Below are positions 44,973 through 55,804 of a stretch of 64,000 nt of DNA, one piece after another; position 1 is the stretch's first letter; every line of letters starts with the position of its first letter. The notes beneath the pieces are model-generated. The model searched no databases and was not told the origin of the DNA. It saw only the letters and a list, made by a program, of their open reading frames with translations. The stretch lies in sequence record LR745208.1, one strand, 5' to 3'. Made by a program: the position numbers and the translations under genes.

Positions 44973-45718
44973 GGGGTTGGCACCTTATCGACCAGGGTGA
45001 TTGCCCCTTCGGTCCATGCCTTTTCAGCCCAATCAAGCAGGCCGATGGCTTGCATTTCGGTAGCATCAATTCCCTGGATGCCCATCCGCATGGCGTCTTC
45101 ATTTTCGGCTGTGATGAGGGTGATGCGAGCCTTGGGGTTTTCGAGTTCGATCAGGCACCGTCCAGCGGTACACCAAGTCTTGAGGGTGTAGTCGTGTAGT
45201 CGAGGCAGAACTGAAAAGAGACGCGAGGCCCTGTCGGTTTCCTTAGAGACCATCCAGGATGCCTTGGAGGCTCGGATGACCTTGGCCATCGGCTCACACA
45301 CGGCCGTTCCGAACCCACAGGTGGGGCTTCCCCATTTGTCCTCAGTCTTGGTGAATGGGTGTCCACCGTGGCCGAACCAGACGGAGGGCTCAAAGTTGGC
45401 TTTGACGTAATCGTGAACACGGTTGGACGCTTCGTTGATGGCGGTCCAGCGAAGGTCCACGAACTTGTTAGGGGGGTCGTTGCGCCACCTGTAGGTCTTG
45501 AGGGCTGCTTCCAGGGTGGCATGGGAGTGGAGGCGATGGTCCTGGTCCCATTCACGGAGGGTGTCATCGTTCCGGCATGCATTGCAGATGACTTCCTGGA
45601 CCTTGGGGTTCTCACTTTTGGTATCCCCGGTGTAGATGGTGGTCCAAGAGGACAGGTTGGCGGCTTTGCAGCGGCCACAGGAGTGGTTGCCATCGATCTG
45701 GGTGTCAGTCATGCTCAT
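44969..45718 (-). CDS. hypothetical protein with CxxC N-terminus
   Basis: 249 aa ORF. Confidence 0.7.
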   Translation of the reverse strand: MSMTDTQIDGNHSCGRCKAANLSSWTTIYTGDTKSENPKVQEVICNACRNDDTLREWDQDHRLHSHATLEAALKTYRWRNDPPNKFVDLRWTAINEASNRVHDYVKANFEPSVWFGHGGHPFTKTEDKWGSPTCGFGTAVCEPMAKVIRASKASWMVSKETDRASRLFSVLPRLHDYTLKTWCTAGRCLIELENPKARITLITAENEDAMRMGIQGIDATEMQAIGLLDWAEKAWTEGAITLVDKVPTP

Positions 45719-45886
45719 CTTTCATGGATGCCGCTTCGAGGGCGAGGCATGGGGTACAGGGATTTGGGTGTCCATAAACGCAGCCTGTTCCCTTGTATTT
45801 ACACCCCAGCGAGGCAATCTGCGTGAGTGCCCCTTGCATCAGGGTGATGCGGTGGTTCAGTTCGTCCAGGTGTGGGTCGGGGACTC

Positions 45887-46294
45887 TCATTTGCTTTCGG
45901 TCCTTCCAAAGCAGTTATTCTGAAGCTTCTCCCAGTTGGGTCCCTCACATTCAATCATTTGCCCTTGAGTATCCACCACATACCATTGGAAGACGATCTC
46001 GGTGCCATCCAGGTAATGGTGGACCTGATTGGCATAGCCAAACGGGCATGTGATGTGGCTATGCCCCTTGGCCTTGTCATATTCCCGTTCAAGGACCCCT
46101 TCAAAGAGTGTGGTTTGGGCCCCAGTTTGCTTGTTTATTGAGGTGTATCGATGGGTTACCTTGGGGGACACAGGGCCCTCCATATCTCGCATGTGTCCCA
46201 CCCGAAGATGGCCGTAGAGAGCCAGACCAAGTAGTAGCTCTTCATGGTTACCGGCACCCGCTACAGCATGAGCCGTTCTTGGTGTCATAGCCAC
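45887..46294 (-). CDS. hypothetical protein
   Basis: ORF. Confidence 0.6.
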   Translation of the reverse strand: MAMTPRTAHAVAGAGNHEELLLGLALYGHLRVGHMRDMEGPVSPKVTHRYTSINKQTGAQTTLFEGVLEREYDKAKGHSHITCPFGYANQVHHYLDGTEIVFQWYVVDTQGQMIECEGPNWEKLQNNCFGRTESK

Positions 46295-46556
46295 ACCTTG
46301 GGCAGCAATGGTTGGAGAGGTATTCAGTCTTCAGGTGGTAGTTCCAACCTAGCAAGAAGGCATAGATCCAGATGGCTAGGAGGGTGCTGTCAGACACTCG
46401 TGGAGAGATGGGCTCTTGGGACTTGTTGGGGTAAGCGGATGCCATCAGGACTCCGTCGGGGGCATAGCTAACGGCTACGGGGATCCCTGTAATCTTCTCA
46501 AAGTCGGCGATTGCTTCGGTGAGGTCATTATTGGGGCCAACAGGGGTCATGGTCAA
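46248..46556 (-). CDS. hypothetical protein
   Basis: ORF. Confidence 0.55.
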   Translation of the reverse strand: MTMTPVGPNNDLTEAIADFEKITGIPVAVSYAPDGVLMASAYPNKSQEPISPRVSDSTLLAIWIYAFLLGWNYHLKTEYLSNHCCPRCGYDTKNGSCCSGCR

Positions 46557-46826
46557 TCACTTCTTTGGTGGTGTGGTCCAGTATTGAATCTCGTAGGCAT
46601 GCATAGCTGCCTTGAGTTTGGCAAAAAAGGCTCTTAAGGGTGCCTTGAAGTCGGGTATGATGGTTCCGGCGGTGACCTGGGCAGCAAGGGCCTCAAAGTC
46701 CTGGACCACTTCGGCCACCTGACTTTCCAGACCTGGGTTGGGGCCGTAGGACTTCTGGGCACTATTGGCCACGTCACTCAGATTTTCCACAGCTGGGCGA
46801 AGGCGTTCGATGGCATCACTTACCAC
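46557..46826 (-). CDS. hypothetical protein
   Basis: ORF. Confidence 0.6.
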   Translation of the reverse strand: MVSDAIERLRPAVENLSDVANSAQKSYGPNPGLESQVAEVVQDFEALAAQVTAGTIIPDFKAPLRAFFAKLKAAMHAYEIQYWTTPPKK

Positions 46827-46831
46827 GGGAT

Positions 46832-48151
46832 TTACCAGTTCTCTCGTTCCGTGGCCTGCTTGCGGGCTTCCACGTAGGCCAGTTGGGTCATTGCCTTGAG
46901 GTATTGGTGGTGTGCCTGAAAGTCTCCAAACTGGGGGCCAGAGGCGGCTGGCTTGAGGTCAATGCGGATTGAGCCTAGCCAGTTCATGACGTGGACATAT
47001 TGGGCCACGGTGGTCAGGAAGTCTTTGGCCTCTTGGGGGGTGACGTTCCCTTTGGCGGCAGCTTCGACCATAGCGTTCCAGTTCTCGAACAGGCCTACCG
47101 TGAAGGGGACTCGTTTGAAGGACTGGGACAGGAGGTCATTGCCAAGGTGCCACAAGGCACGGGAGAAGAGTGGGTCAGTCCCCTTGAAGCCCGCAATTGC
47201 CTTGTCCCATTCGGTCTTGACCAGCCCATACAGGGTCTCGATATTTTGGGTCTTCCCGTCCCAGTTGCCAGTTGTTGGCAGGTTGACCAGGGTTCTCCAA
47301 ACATCATCACGGATCATGATGGCCGTGACTGGGAGGGGGTGACGGCCCTTGGATGCCCCTTGTCCGTAGAAGTTTCGGTGCTCGTCCTTGTCCCCATACT
47401 CGGTATCGGGCAGGATGGATAGGTGGAGTTCCGCCCGTCTCTGCCCCCCTCTACCGGCCACAACCATACCTGCCCATTTGTTGGCCAGCTGGTCACGGAT
47501 GGTAGTCAGGATGTTGGCTTCCCCGGCCGGTGATGTACATGTATGGCCATTCTCGTTTTGGAACTTGGGTGCCATCATGTAGGAGGCGACAACCCGGATG
47601 GTCATCCGGTTGATCTTGGTGACCATGATGGCATTCCCACCGAGTTCATAGCCAAGGGCTTTGAGGGCCTTTTCGACCCGCTTACGGGTAGGGACCCAGC
47701 TTGGGATGAGGTTCTTTTTGACAGGCTTTCCAGTTACTTTGGCTAGCAGTTCCTTCAAGGGGGGGTAGGGGTCAACGTTGTCACTCACGAGGAGGCGTCC
47801 CCCGTGGATGGCATCGATGAGGTCTTCGAGGGGCATGTCCTTGGTGGTGGGGACATCATGGACGGAGTTGTCGCCCCAGCCCCGTTCGATGAGGTCCTGG
47901 TTGAACATTTCCTTCCAGGCAGCCTGTTGGGCAACGCCCTCAAGGTGTTCAACCCCTCCGTAGTCGTTGTAGGTGCCTTGGAGGGGGAAGGTACGGGGGA
48001 ACCACCCTCCCGTGATAGTAGCCATGGCTCCCCCGGCTTCCTTGCCCTGGTAGTAGGGGGAGCGAGTCAGGAGCATGTATTGGACTCGGTCTCCACAATG
48101 GATGGGGAGGCCTGAGATTGCACAAGTGAAGCTGGAGCTGCCCATGTTCAA
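46832..48151 (-). CDS. phage hypothetical protein
   Basis: MGSSSFTCAISGLPI..YNDYG; 439 aa. Confidence 0.8.
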   Translation of the reverse strand: MNMGSSSFTCAISGLPIHCGDRVQYMLLTRSPYYQGKEAGGAMATITGGWFPRTFPLQGTYNDYGGVEHLEGVAQQAAWKEMFNQDLIERGWGDNSVHDVPTTKDMPLEDLIDAIHGGRLLVSDNVDPYPPLKELLAKVTGKPVKKNLIPSWVPTRKRVEKALKALGYELGGNAIMVTKINRMTIRVVASYMMAPKFQNENGHTCTSPAGEANILTTIRDQLANKWAGMVVAGRGGQRRAELHLSILPDTEYGDKDEHRNFYGQGASKGRHPLPVTAIMIRDDVWRTLVNLPTTGNWDGKTQNIETLYGLVKTEWDKAIAGFKGTDPLFSRALWHLGNDLLSQSFKRVPFTVGLFENWNAMVEAAAKGNVTPQEAKDFLTTVAQYVHVMNWLGSIRIDLKPAASGPQFGDFQAHHQYLKAMTQLAYVEARKQATERENW

Positions 48152-48343
48152 TCCTTTGACTTGGTAGTAGCCCGGAACGGGCTGGTGATGAGTCCCAGAA
48201 GGAACATGGCAGCCCAGGCGACCCAGAAGCCTACCTGTGCGGTTTCATGGTGGCATTTCTCTGGGGTCCAGTTCGTGGCCCGCTTGGCGCGTTGTTTGAT
48301 GGTGTGGATGTCAATGGGTGGGCTGTTGCTCATTGTGGGTCTT

Positions 48344-48772
48344 TCATTTGCAAGACTGAATCTTGTTGAGTGCCCGGAGGTTGGCGGCATAGTGGGGGAC
48401 CACCGTGAGGGTCCGTCCCTCGGGGTTCTCAATGGAGCATGTGTACAGGTGGTTTCCAGCTTCAAAAGACAGGGAATGCCTTGGGGGACTGATCTCATAG
48501 ACCATGAAGCCATTGAAGTCCGTGGCATTCTGTGGGGGTCGTGTCTGGAAGTCCTCCATGGGCACACCTACAGGCCAATCCATGTCAAGCACGAATCGGA
48601 GGTTGCCTGAGAAGTAGTCTCCGGTCATGGAGACCAGCATGGCGGAGACCTTTTGGCCGTTCAAAGACACTTGAATGGGTGTGGGCAGGGTGGTGGTCAC
48701 TGGAGGGTCCTTCTGGCAAACATTGAAGATTTCCCACATTGGTGGCACCTCAATTGGATGAGGTGCCACCAA
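48344..48772 (-). CDS. hypothetical protein
   Basis: ORF, start uncertain. Confidence 0.5.
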   Translation of the reverse strand: MVAPHPIEVPPMWEIFNVCQKDPPVTTTLPTPIQVSLNGQKVSAMLVSMTGDYFSGNLRFVLDMDWPVGVPMEDFQTRPPQNATDFNGFMVYEISPPRHSLSFEAGNHLYTCSIENPEGRTLTVVPHYAANLRALNKIQSCK

Positions 48773-48886
48773 TGTGGGTCATTTGGGGCGATGACGGGGG
48801 TGGTCACTGGGACAAGGGGCATGGAGAATTGGCAGTGGGGGCAGGGCACATGGGTTACCTGATTGTCAACGGTGGTCATGGTGTGG

Positions 48887-49105
48887 TTACGCCTTTGATG
48901 GCAACAATTTCTTCCAAATGGCCCGATATGCCCTCATCCATTTTTCTGCCTCGTTGACAAGTTTGGTTTCCCCCTCATCGAGATGGGATTGAGCCATCGA
49001 CATATGGTCAATCATCTCTTTCAATTCAGCCAGACGCTCACGGGGCAATTCTCGCAAGGCATCCTGAAGTTCTACCGGGAAGTCTTCAATATCAGTGGTT
49101 CTCAT
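48887..49105 (-). CDS. hypothetical protein
   Basis: ATGA overlap. Confidence 0.6.
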   Translation of the reverse strand: MRTTDIEDFPVELQDALRELPRERLAELKEMIDHMSMAQSHLDEGETKLVNEAEKWMRAYRAIWKKLLPSKA

Positions 49106-49759
49106 GGTTCTGCTATGCTTCTAGGGTATTTGGCGCCACCAAATTTGCGGGGTCTGGGGAACTCATCTAGCCCTACCGTTTGGAGGATATCTCGGGTCAT
49201 GCCAATCCTTCGGAACAGGACCCCAATGTCCTCATCATAGGCCAGCCTGAGGCAGAAGTCCTTCAAGTAGGCCTGTGAGAACCCCTCGGTTAGCTCTGCC
49301 ATCTCCAGGACCTTCTCGGGCGAGAGGGTGGTGGTGTTTTGGGCCAGGAACAGGTCAATGAACCGTTTACGGTCATTGGCGTTGGGTAGGTTGAAGGTGA
49401 AGATGTCATCGAACCTCCCTGGACGGAGCATTGCATACCCCAAAGGGGCCAAGCTATTGACTGTGGCGAGGATGGTGGGGTGGTACACCGACTGTCTTCA
49501 GAGAAGATCCTACGGTGGTGTCATTGGCATCTGGGAGATTGTTCCATTGGGAAGTGCCGACACGGAGTAGATCGAACAGGTCGTGGAGAAAGAAGCGTTT
49601 CCAACTCCACTTGCCCTTCAGTTTCTTGAAATGGTTCCATACCACCAGGACAAAAGATGCCACAAGGGAGACCAGGATCACAATATTGAGGATGGCTCGG
49701 GTCAGGTGGTTGACCCGCTCCCAATCGGTCTTTGGGCTGGTGGTGTCTTCAAGTAGCAT
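49102..49759 (-). pseudogene. truncated AAA+ ATPase (second region of homology and lid only) with upstream TM fragment
   Basis: ILATVN..AMLRPGRFD..LP..DR..TEGFSQAYL; no Walker A/B seen. Confidence 0.6.
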
Positions 49760-49766
49760 ATCGGGC

Positions 49767-50102
49767 TCAATCCATCTGGTAGTAAACAGCAGTGCCCCAA
49801 CCGGCCGTCTTAAGGGTCCAGGAGATGGCTTCAGCCTGTCTGGTGTTCAGGTCACCCTGTCCCCCAATGGGGGCGTGGATGAAGTAGACACGGGCACCCA
49901 ACCAAGTACTGCCATGGCCGCTCAGTCCTGCTCTCGTGACTGCTCCCGCCACCTGGGCGACCCTGACTCCCTTGGGGAGAAACAGGATTGCACGGTCCAT
50001 ATTGCAGGTGCCCCCATCACCCGGGTTGTCCCTGGCGGTCTTTAGGGCTGCTTCCTTGGCGGCTTGAAGGTCCTGGATTAGCTTTGGCTGATCGAGTTTC
50101 AT
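49767..50102 (-). CDS. phage hypothetical protein
   Basis: DGGTCNMD..QGDLNTRQAEA..GW...YYQMD. Confidence 0.8.
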   Translation of the reverse strand: MKLDQPKLIQDLQAAKEAALKTARDNPGDGGTCNMDRAILFLPKGVRVAQVAGAVTRAGLSGHGSTWLGARVYFIHAPIGGQGDLNTRQAEAISWTLKTAGWGTAVYYQMD

Positions 50103-50130
50103 GGTCCTGTTACACCCGTCCGAGCGGCGG

Positions 50131-53100
50131 TCATGGCAGGTGATTTACTCCCCTCTCGGTCGTGTTGGGCACATCAACCTCAACTTCGGCCCCCTCAGTC
50201 TCATCGACCCTGGTTAGCTTCCGGGCTGGCTCCCCCACATCCACCCGGACCTTCTCGTCAGCCATTCCTGAGACCATGTCCATGACTAGCCTGAGGGCCG
50301 GTTTAGTGACCAGATCCGCCAGGGAGTCACCAAGATCGGCTAGGCCATCTTCCCGCATTGATTGGGCAATGGAGGCGAGTTTGCTGCTTGGTTCATAGCT
50401 CATGTCAAAAAGCTTCGGGCCCACGGCATCAGGGTCCGAAAGGTACCCTGAGTCGGGAGTTGAGTTGCGGGTTGCCATTGTTGAGTGCTTAGCCCAAGGG
50501 GTTGAGGCGAGTCCAACACCTCCCAGGACCTTAGTCAGGGCGAGCCCCTGAGGGCCCGCCAGGAACTTGAGTGCCTTGCCCCTATTGGCCCCCAGGGTTT
50601 GGGTCAGGAACTCCACAAGGGGGTCCCTAGCCGCCTTGGCGAGCTGTCTACCAGCGACGGTTACCATGGCTGACTTGGCTTCGGTTTTGGCCCGTGCCTT
50701 GAGGCGTTGGGTCGTCGTGGCAGTGGCTGGGGCGTGGAGGACGCCCACCTTGGGCATCAGGTTAGCCAGGGGGGTAGTCTTTGGGTGCTTCGAGTAGATG
50801 TCTACAATGTTGTGCAGCTCCTCTCTCCAGCCAGATGTCAGTGCCGACCCCCATGTGGCCACCACCCAGGCCTCCAAGTCATGGAGGTTCATGGGTCCCC
50901 GATGGGATACCCAGGAAGATGTCTTGGTAGACCACACTTGGTAACCGGTCACAGTTGTACCAATTGTATCAAAGGACCACATCCCCACGTCAAGAGACCA
51001 GCCCTCGTGGATCATGTAGGAGGCTAGGTCTGTTCCTTTGAAGTCTTGCGCGAGGGCAATGGGGCACCCCTCAATGGCATCCACTGTCCCTTCTTCGTCG
51101 GGATCATACCCATCCTCGTCATCATAGCGTTTCCTGGCGTCCCGCATGAGCGTGTTCAGGTCGGCTGCGTCAATGGGGTTCCAGAAGGTCTTCTCGTCTA
51201 TTTTTGGGTAGACAGCATTGGAGATATATGGGATTGGGTCCTTCAGCCATATACGGGGCCCCAGGTGGCGGTAGTCGGCCTGTTTGGTGTTCCAGAGGGC
51301 GTACTCCCAGGTTTCCTTATCGGCACCTTCGTCAAAGCGTGCCCGGAGGGATAGGTTGTTTTTGGTAAGCCAAATCAGGAAAGATGTCCCCACGGCCAAC
51401 TCCTCCTTATGGTGATCTCCGCCCGAGATAGCGGTGGCCTGGGGGGACAAGCGATTCATGTCGGCAGATATATTCTCATTCTCAGGATTCTTGGTACGGG
51501 CTTGGTTCCTGGCTTGGCGTAGGATGTCATCCAGTTCCTCCTGCTGTGCTACGGTGAGGCCTAGGATTGGGATGCCGGTGCCCGCGGATGGCTTGGTCCA
51601 CAGGTAGCCAGTGTGCCCCTCCAGCCACCCTACAAGGTCGCTAAAGGGCATCCATTTGGTCAGGGTCTCCACGTTGGTTACGTTGGTCATGGCTGGAGTC
51701 ACGGTGATTCGATAAGTAAGCCTGTAGGTCCAGCAGTCTTTTGTGGCGTTTGCCTCCACCTTAATCCCCGTCAACAGGTCTTTAACAGACACGGTTGGGG
51801 GCAGGGATCCATCATCCTTGGGGGCAGGTTGCTTCGACCATTGCTGTGCAAGCCATGTCTCGGTACGGGCGAGGAGGTCTGGGGATACTTTGGCTCGGGA
51901 GGCCTTGGCCATCTGGTTTGTCGGCGCCCATGTAGAATCCCTTTTAGCTAGCCCTTCGAGCCAGACTGTCGGGTGGTAGCTCCCTGTATAGCCTTCCGGA
52001 TATGCTTCCTTCCACTCGGCTGCTAGGGATTCCAGGGTATCTTTGGTCTCGGTAGTCATGGGTCCCTTTTCCTGCGCACGAGCGGCATCCTGTATCCAAG
52101 CCTCGGTACGAGTCACAAGGTCAGCAGAAGAGGTGAAAAAGTGTGGCCCTATCGTACCGATTTTGTTCAATGGGATCCAATTGTGATCCAGCCCATCAGC
52201 CTCCTTCGACACAAACATCTCAGCGGGTGCCACCCATGAGTGGCTGGTGTCTTTGGATAGCAGCCCGAGGAGCCATTCCTTGGGGCCCTCCTCCTTGCTC
52301 CAATAGGAGGATGGTTTGGCCTTCAGCCACTCTCTTGCCAAGGATTCCAAGGTATCTATGGCCCTGGTGGCCAACCGGGAGGATACGGCCGACTCGGATT
52401 TGGAGTTCTTCTCCGTTTTGAGTTGACGGAATGTTTCCTGAGAGATACTGGGGTTGCTGGAGAGGGGGAGGGTCCATGAGGCTTTGTCCACCAATGCTTT
52501 GTCATTCCACCAGCCCTCGAAGGCGGGGGTGGATAGGGTTATGAGAAGCTTACCTTTATGGTCTTTCAGGGATTGACGTACCTCAGGATGTAGGTGCTCC
52601 GCCTCATCGGCGATGACCAGATCGAACTCTTCACCCGCATAGAACTTGCTACTAAAAGTCCCTTTGCTGATGACCTCAGGGGGGTCCGTGGTACTGGGAG
52701 ACAAGTAGAGGACTCGTTTGCCCTCAGCCAGGGCTGCGTTGGCAACCGCTACGGCGAGAGTGGTTTTCCCCGCCCTCCGGTCAGCACTCACCACGTTGAC
52801 TCTATAGCCGCTTCGGGCAATTTGCCGCTGTATATGGCTCAGATATTCAAAATGGTCGAGTTTAGGGGCAGCTTCAGCTGTCTCAGCTGCGTGCTGCCCT
52901 TTTAGGATACAGTCATCGACGGAATCAACAGCTTGGTGCAGGGCATCAAGGTTGTCGTGGGTCCACTCTGCCCCCCAGTGGCGGGTCATTAGGTCCTGGA
53001 TCTCTTTGCATAAACGGACCCCAGTTGAGGTTCGGAGATCGGTCTCACCTCTACCATCGAGGGAGTAGGTCAGGTCATATGTAGAGTCAAGAGCACCCTT

Positions 53101-53673
53101 CAAGGTGACTGTGAAGCTAGCTTTGTTGGGGTCCGTGAAGTGGTGGGTAAAGGTGGCCTGGGCTGTCCTAGGCTCGGTTTGTGTTTGTTCACAGCCTTTG
53201 GCAATGTCCGAGACAACGTTTTGAAGTAGCTTCTCATTGTCCGGTGTCCAAAGGATTTTCCAGTGGCTCGACATCCACTCTTTGGCGGCGAGTAGGTTGC
53301 TGAACTGTATGGGGTGTCGGGTTGTGTGAGGATCCCCTGTTCGGCTTATCCCATAGGATATCCTCCCCGTACTTGCGTCTAACAGATAGCCGGTCAACGT
53401 GAATGAATGGGTCGCGGGAATGGTGGCCTTACCAAATTCGATCAGTTTGATGACCCGATCTTCGAGATCTCGGCGGGCTGTTCCAGAACCCAGGTTGGGT
53501 ACAATTATCCCCGTTGGACGGTCTGCGTAGCAACCTACAATATCGTCAAAGAAGTCCTGTCTCCATTGCGCTGGAGACCTACCAAGGGCATTGCGCAGGT
53601 CTACAATAAGGTCCTCTAGCCCGTCTATTTTGAGAGGGCGTCGGAACTCAGGCAATGGAACGGAAGGGATCAT
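50131..53673 (-). CDS. 1180 aa mosaic protein with terminase-like P-loop ATPase domain
   Basis: RRAGKTT, VIADEA, STP..SNPSI; internal duplicated domain. Confidence 0.7.
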   Translation of the reverse strand: MIPSVPLPEFRRPLKIDGLEDLIVDLRNALGRSPAQWRQDFFDDIVGCYADRPTGIIVPNLGSGTARRDLEDRVIKLIEFGKATIPATHSFTLTGYLLDASTGRISYGISRTGDPHTTRHPIQFSNLLAAKEWMSSHWKILWTPDNEKLLQNVVSDIAKGCEQTQTEPRTAQATFTHHFTDPNKASFTVTLKGALDSTYDLTYSLDGRGETDLRTSTGVRLCKEIQDLMTRHWGAEWTHDNLDALHQAVDSVDDCILKGQHAAETAEAAPKLDHFEYLSHIQRQIARSGYRVNVVSADRRAGKTTLAVAVANAALAEGKRVLYLSPSTTDPPEVISKGTFSSKFYAGEEFDLVIADEAEHLHPEVRQSLKDHKGKLLITLSTPAFEGWWNDKALVDKASWTLPLSSNPSISQETFRQLKTEKNSKSESAVSSRLATRAIDTLESLAREWLKAKPSSYWSKEEGPKEWLLGLLSKDTSHSWVAPAEMFVSKEADGLDHNWIPLNKIGTIGPHFFTSSADLVTRTEAWIQDAARAQEKGPMTTETKDTLESLAAEWKEAYPEGYTGSYHPTVWLEGLAKRDSTWAPTNQMAKASRAKVSPDLLARTETWLAQQWSKQPAPKDDGSLPPTVSVKDLLTGIKVEANATKDCWTYRLTYRITVTPAMTNVTNVETLTKWMPFSDLVGWLEGHTGYLWTKPSAGTGIPILGLTVAQQEELDDILRQARNQARTKNPENENISADMNRLSPQATAISGGDHHKEELAVGTSFLIWLTKNNLSLRARFDEGADKETWEYALWNTKQADYRHLGPRIWLKDPIPYISNAVYPKIDEKTFWNPIDAADLNTLMRDARKRYDDEDGYDPDEEGTVDAIEGCPIALAQDFKGTDLASYMIHEGWSLDVGMWSFDTIGTTVTGYQVWSTKTSSWVSHRGPMNLHDLEAWVVATWGSALTSGWREELHNIVDIYSKHPKTTPLANLMPKVGVLHAPATATTTQRLKARAKTEAKSAMVTVAGRQLAKAARDPLVEFLTQTLGANRGKALKFLAGPQGLALTKVLGGVGLASTPWAKHSTMATRNSTPDSGYLSDPDAVGPKLFDMSYEPSSKLASIAQSMREDGLADLGDSLADLVTKPALRLVMDMVSGMADEKVRVDVGEPARKLTRVDETEGAEVEVDVPNTTERGVNHLP

Positions 53674-53705
53674 TTAGAATTCAGAGCCGGTTGACGGTAT
53701 GGCAT

Positions 53706-53906
53706 CTACTGATCCTGATTGGCCGAATGTATGGCACGAAACCAGTATCCCGCGCAGGTGACTACCATGAAGGCAGCCAGATTGAGTGCCCCAGGGAAGG
53801 TGGAAAAACCAATGAGGGTGGCCAATATTCCAAGCCAGATGGACGCAATACAATGCTTGTGCCAAGTTTTCATGTCATTCCCCCACTTCTCTGGATGTGA
53901 TTCCAA
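53706..53906 (-). CDS. small membrane protein
   Basis: two hydrophobic segments. Confidence 0.55.
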   Translation of the reverse strand: MESHPEKWGNDMKTWHKHCIASIWLGILATLIGFSTFPGALNLAAFMVVTCAGYWFRAIHSANQDQ

Positions 53907-54032
53907 ACCTGGATAATACCCACTGTGATCCAGCCAGCCAGGATGAGCCCCAGGAGGGGGTCTCCGGAGACCAGCAAGAGATACAGGGAGAGGATGGCTC
54001 CGAATGGGCCATAAGCCCCATGGCGAGGTACC

Positions 54033-54644
54033 TCATAGAAGTCCTTTCAGGGCGTCCACTTGAGCCTGCATGGCATCGACCTTTTCCTTCAAGGCCAGGG
54101 TCAGGTTGGATAGGGTCTTCTGAAGGGCATCCTCAGGTGCCCCTTTGATGCCCTCGCAATCCAAACGACCGCCTACCTGCACTCGGTAAATGCCCTCGTT
54201 CCCCTCAGTAATGGTGAGAGTATCTTCCCCTAGCTGGCGCATGATTGTGAAGCACCGGTCCAGGGTTGAGGGCTGGCTCGGGAGCTTGCCAGCCAGTTGG
54301 ATCAAGGCAAGCTCATCGTCGGCTGGGATGTTAACAGGTTTGGCAAACCCGAGTTGGACATCTATTTGGCCGATGTGGATGGTATCATCTGAGCGGGGAT
54401 ACCACCTGTTGACCACAGCGTCATTCACGTACTCAAGGGCCCAGATTTCCTTACCCACCCTGTTTTCAATGATTAGTCTCCGTCCCTCCGTCCCCGAGAT
54501 GACGAGGTGGCTTTTTGGGTCTTCCCCAATGCGGATTACCTGTTGGGTAATGGTCTTGGTCTGGTGGATGCCGGACCCCCTCCGTGAGCACACGAAGGTG
54601 ATGGGGGTGATCTGGTTCTTGGGATTCGTGAAGCTTTTGATCAT
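54033..54644 (-). CDS. hypothetical protein with shared CF.LMR.LG domain
   Basis: paralogous module. Confidence 0.75.
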   Translation of the reverse strand: MIKSFTNPKNQITPITFVCSRRGSGIHQTKTITQQVIRIGEDPKSHLVISGTEGRRLIIENRVGKEIWALEYVNDAVVNRWYPRSDDTIHIGQIDVQLGFAKPVNIPADDELALIQLAGKLPSQPSTLDRCFTIMRQLGEDTLTITEGNEGIYRVQVGGRLDCEGIKGAPEDALQKTLSNLTLALKEKVDAMQAQVDALKGLL

Positions 54645-54650
54645 GGTTCC

Positions 54651-54944
54651 TCAAAGTCCGAGTAGTCCGGCCAGCCCATTGTCTTCCGCTGGCTTCGGGT
54701 CCTGCTGGAGTGGCTGGGGATTCAGATAGATGTGCCGCTGCCCTGTTACGCCTAGGGATACTCTTGGCTTGACGGTAGCACACCCCTCTTCAAAATACTC
54801 TAAGGTAACCATGGTTGCCCATGTCTTGTCGAAGCACCACGCTGGCTGTTCTCCAGATGTGGGTGACTCGATGACGATGGCTGGGTGCTCATTGCCATAG
54901 GCATCTACGTAGACAACATGGGAACCAATAGGGGTGCGGGTCAT
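54651..54944 (-). CDS. hypothetical protein
   Basis: ORF with RBS. Confidence 0.7.
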   Translation of the reverse strand: MTRTPIGSHVVYVDAYGNEHPAIVIESPTSGEQPAWCFDKTWATMVTLEYFEEGCATVKPRVSLGVTGQRHIYLNPQPLQQDPKPAEDNGLAGLLGL

Positions 54945-55037
54945 GGGGTCATCTCCAAGTTGTTCAAATTGGGGACCCTGCCCACACGTCTAGGCACTTA
55001 CGATGCCATGCGTCTAGGCAGGTGAGCCACCAGGGTC

Positions 55038-55391
55038 TTACTCTTTTGGGTTGATATCGGGGAGGTGCCCCTGTTGTAGACTACAGCAATGGGGGTGGGC
55101 GAGATCCCCGCTAGCTACGAGGGCTGTGTGGGTGACTCCTGCGATGGCGTCCAAGCAACGGCCAAACTCCAGCCGGTACTCCTCATCATCGTAGGTATAG
55201 GGACCACGACTGGTGGTGGCCCACCCATAGCCGCGGGTGATATTGAGGACCTCTTCCAAGGCGGATGCCAGACCCGTCTGGTCTCGGTGCAGGGCAGCCT
55301 CCAAGGTGGCAATTCGTGTATGCAATACGATCATTACATCACGAAAACTCTTGTCCCGTATGGCCCATTCTTCACATTGCTGACAGGTCAT
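55038..55391 (-). CDS. hypothetical protein
   Basis: ATGA overlap. Confidence 0.65.
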   Translation of the reverse strand: MTCQQCEEWAIRDKSFRDVMIVLHTRIATLEAALHRDQTGLASALEEVLNITRGYGWATTSRGPYTYDDEEYRLEFGRCLDAIAGVTHTALVASGDLAHPHCCSLQQGHLPDINPKE

Positions 55392-55804
55392 GATTGGCCC
55401 CATTTGCGAAGGAGCATGCTCAGGTCTGCCACGACCAGCACTTCCCACTCGGTAGCTTTGAGTAACCCGGCCCCCGACGGGTGTGGGTCGTGAAACAGCT
55501 TTGTTCCCTGCCACAGCACAGCATGTTGGTGCCCACGGGGACCGGGCCCGGCGGCAATGGAAATTCCATGGTGGTAGGCTGGGTCCTCGAATGGATTGAA
55601 TCTGAAGTTCATGGACATCAATCCACGCTCGGCCAGCCATTGCTGAGACTGTGAGAACCAGCTGTTATCTTTGATGGCGCAGAAGTTGGGCACATTGGCG
55701 ACATCCAAGTCTAGCAGTGAGGCGAGGCATGTAGCATAGCAGTTACCGACTTGTTCGGGTGGGTCATCTACGCCACCGAATGTGGTCTGGTGCTGGAGCC
55801 TCAT
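55388..55804 (-). CDS. papain-like (C39-like) peptidase-family protein
   Basis: GNCYATCLASLL..HAV..HDPHPS. Confidence 0.6.
   Translation of the reverse strand: MRLQHQTTFGGVDDPPEQVGNCYATCLASLLDLDVANVPNFCAIKDNSWFSQSQQWLAERGLMSMNFRFNPFEDPAYHHGISIAAGPGPRGHQHAVLWQGTKLFHDPHPSGAGLLKATEWEVLVVADLSMLLRKWGQS

Noticed and set aside
50131-53673. Bona fide terminase large subunit
   Set aside because: ATPase segment is short and embedded in unrelated domains; no RNase H-like nuclease motifs recognised.
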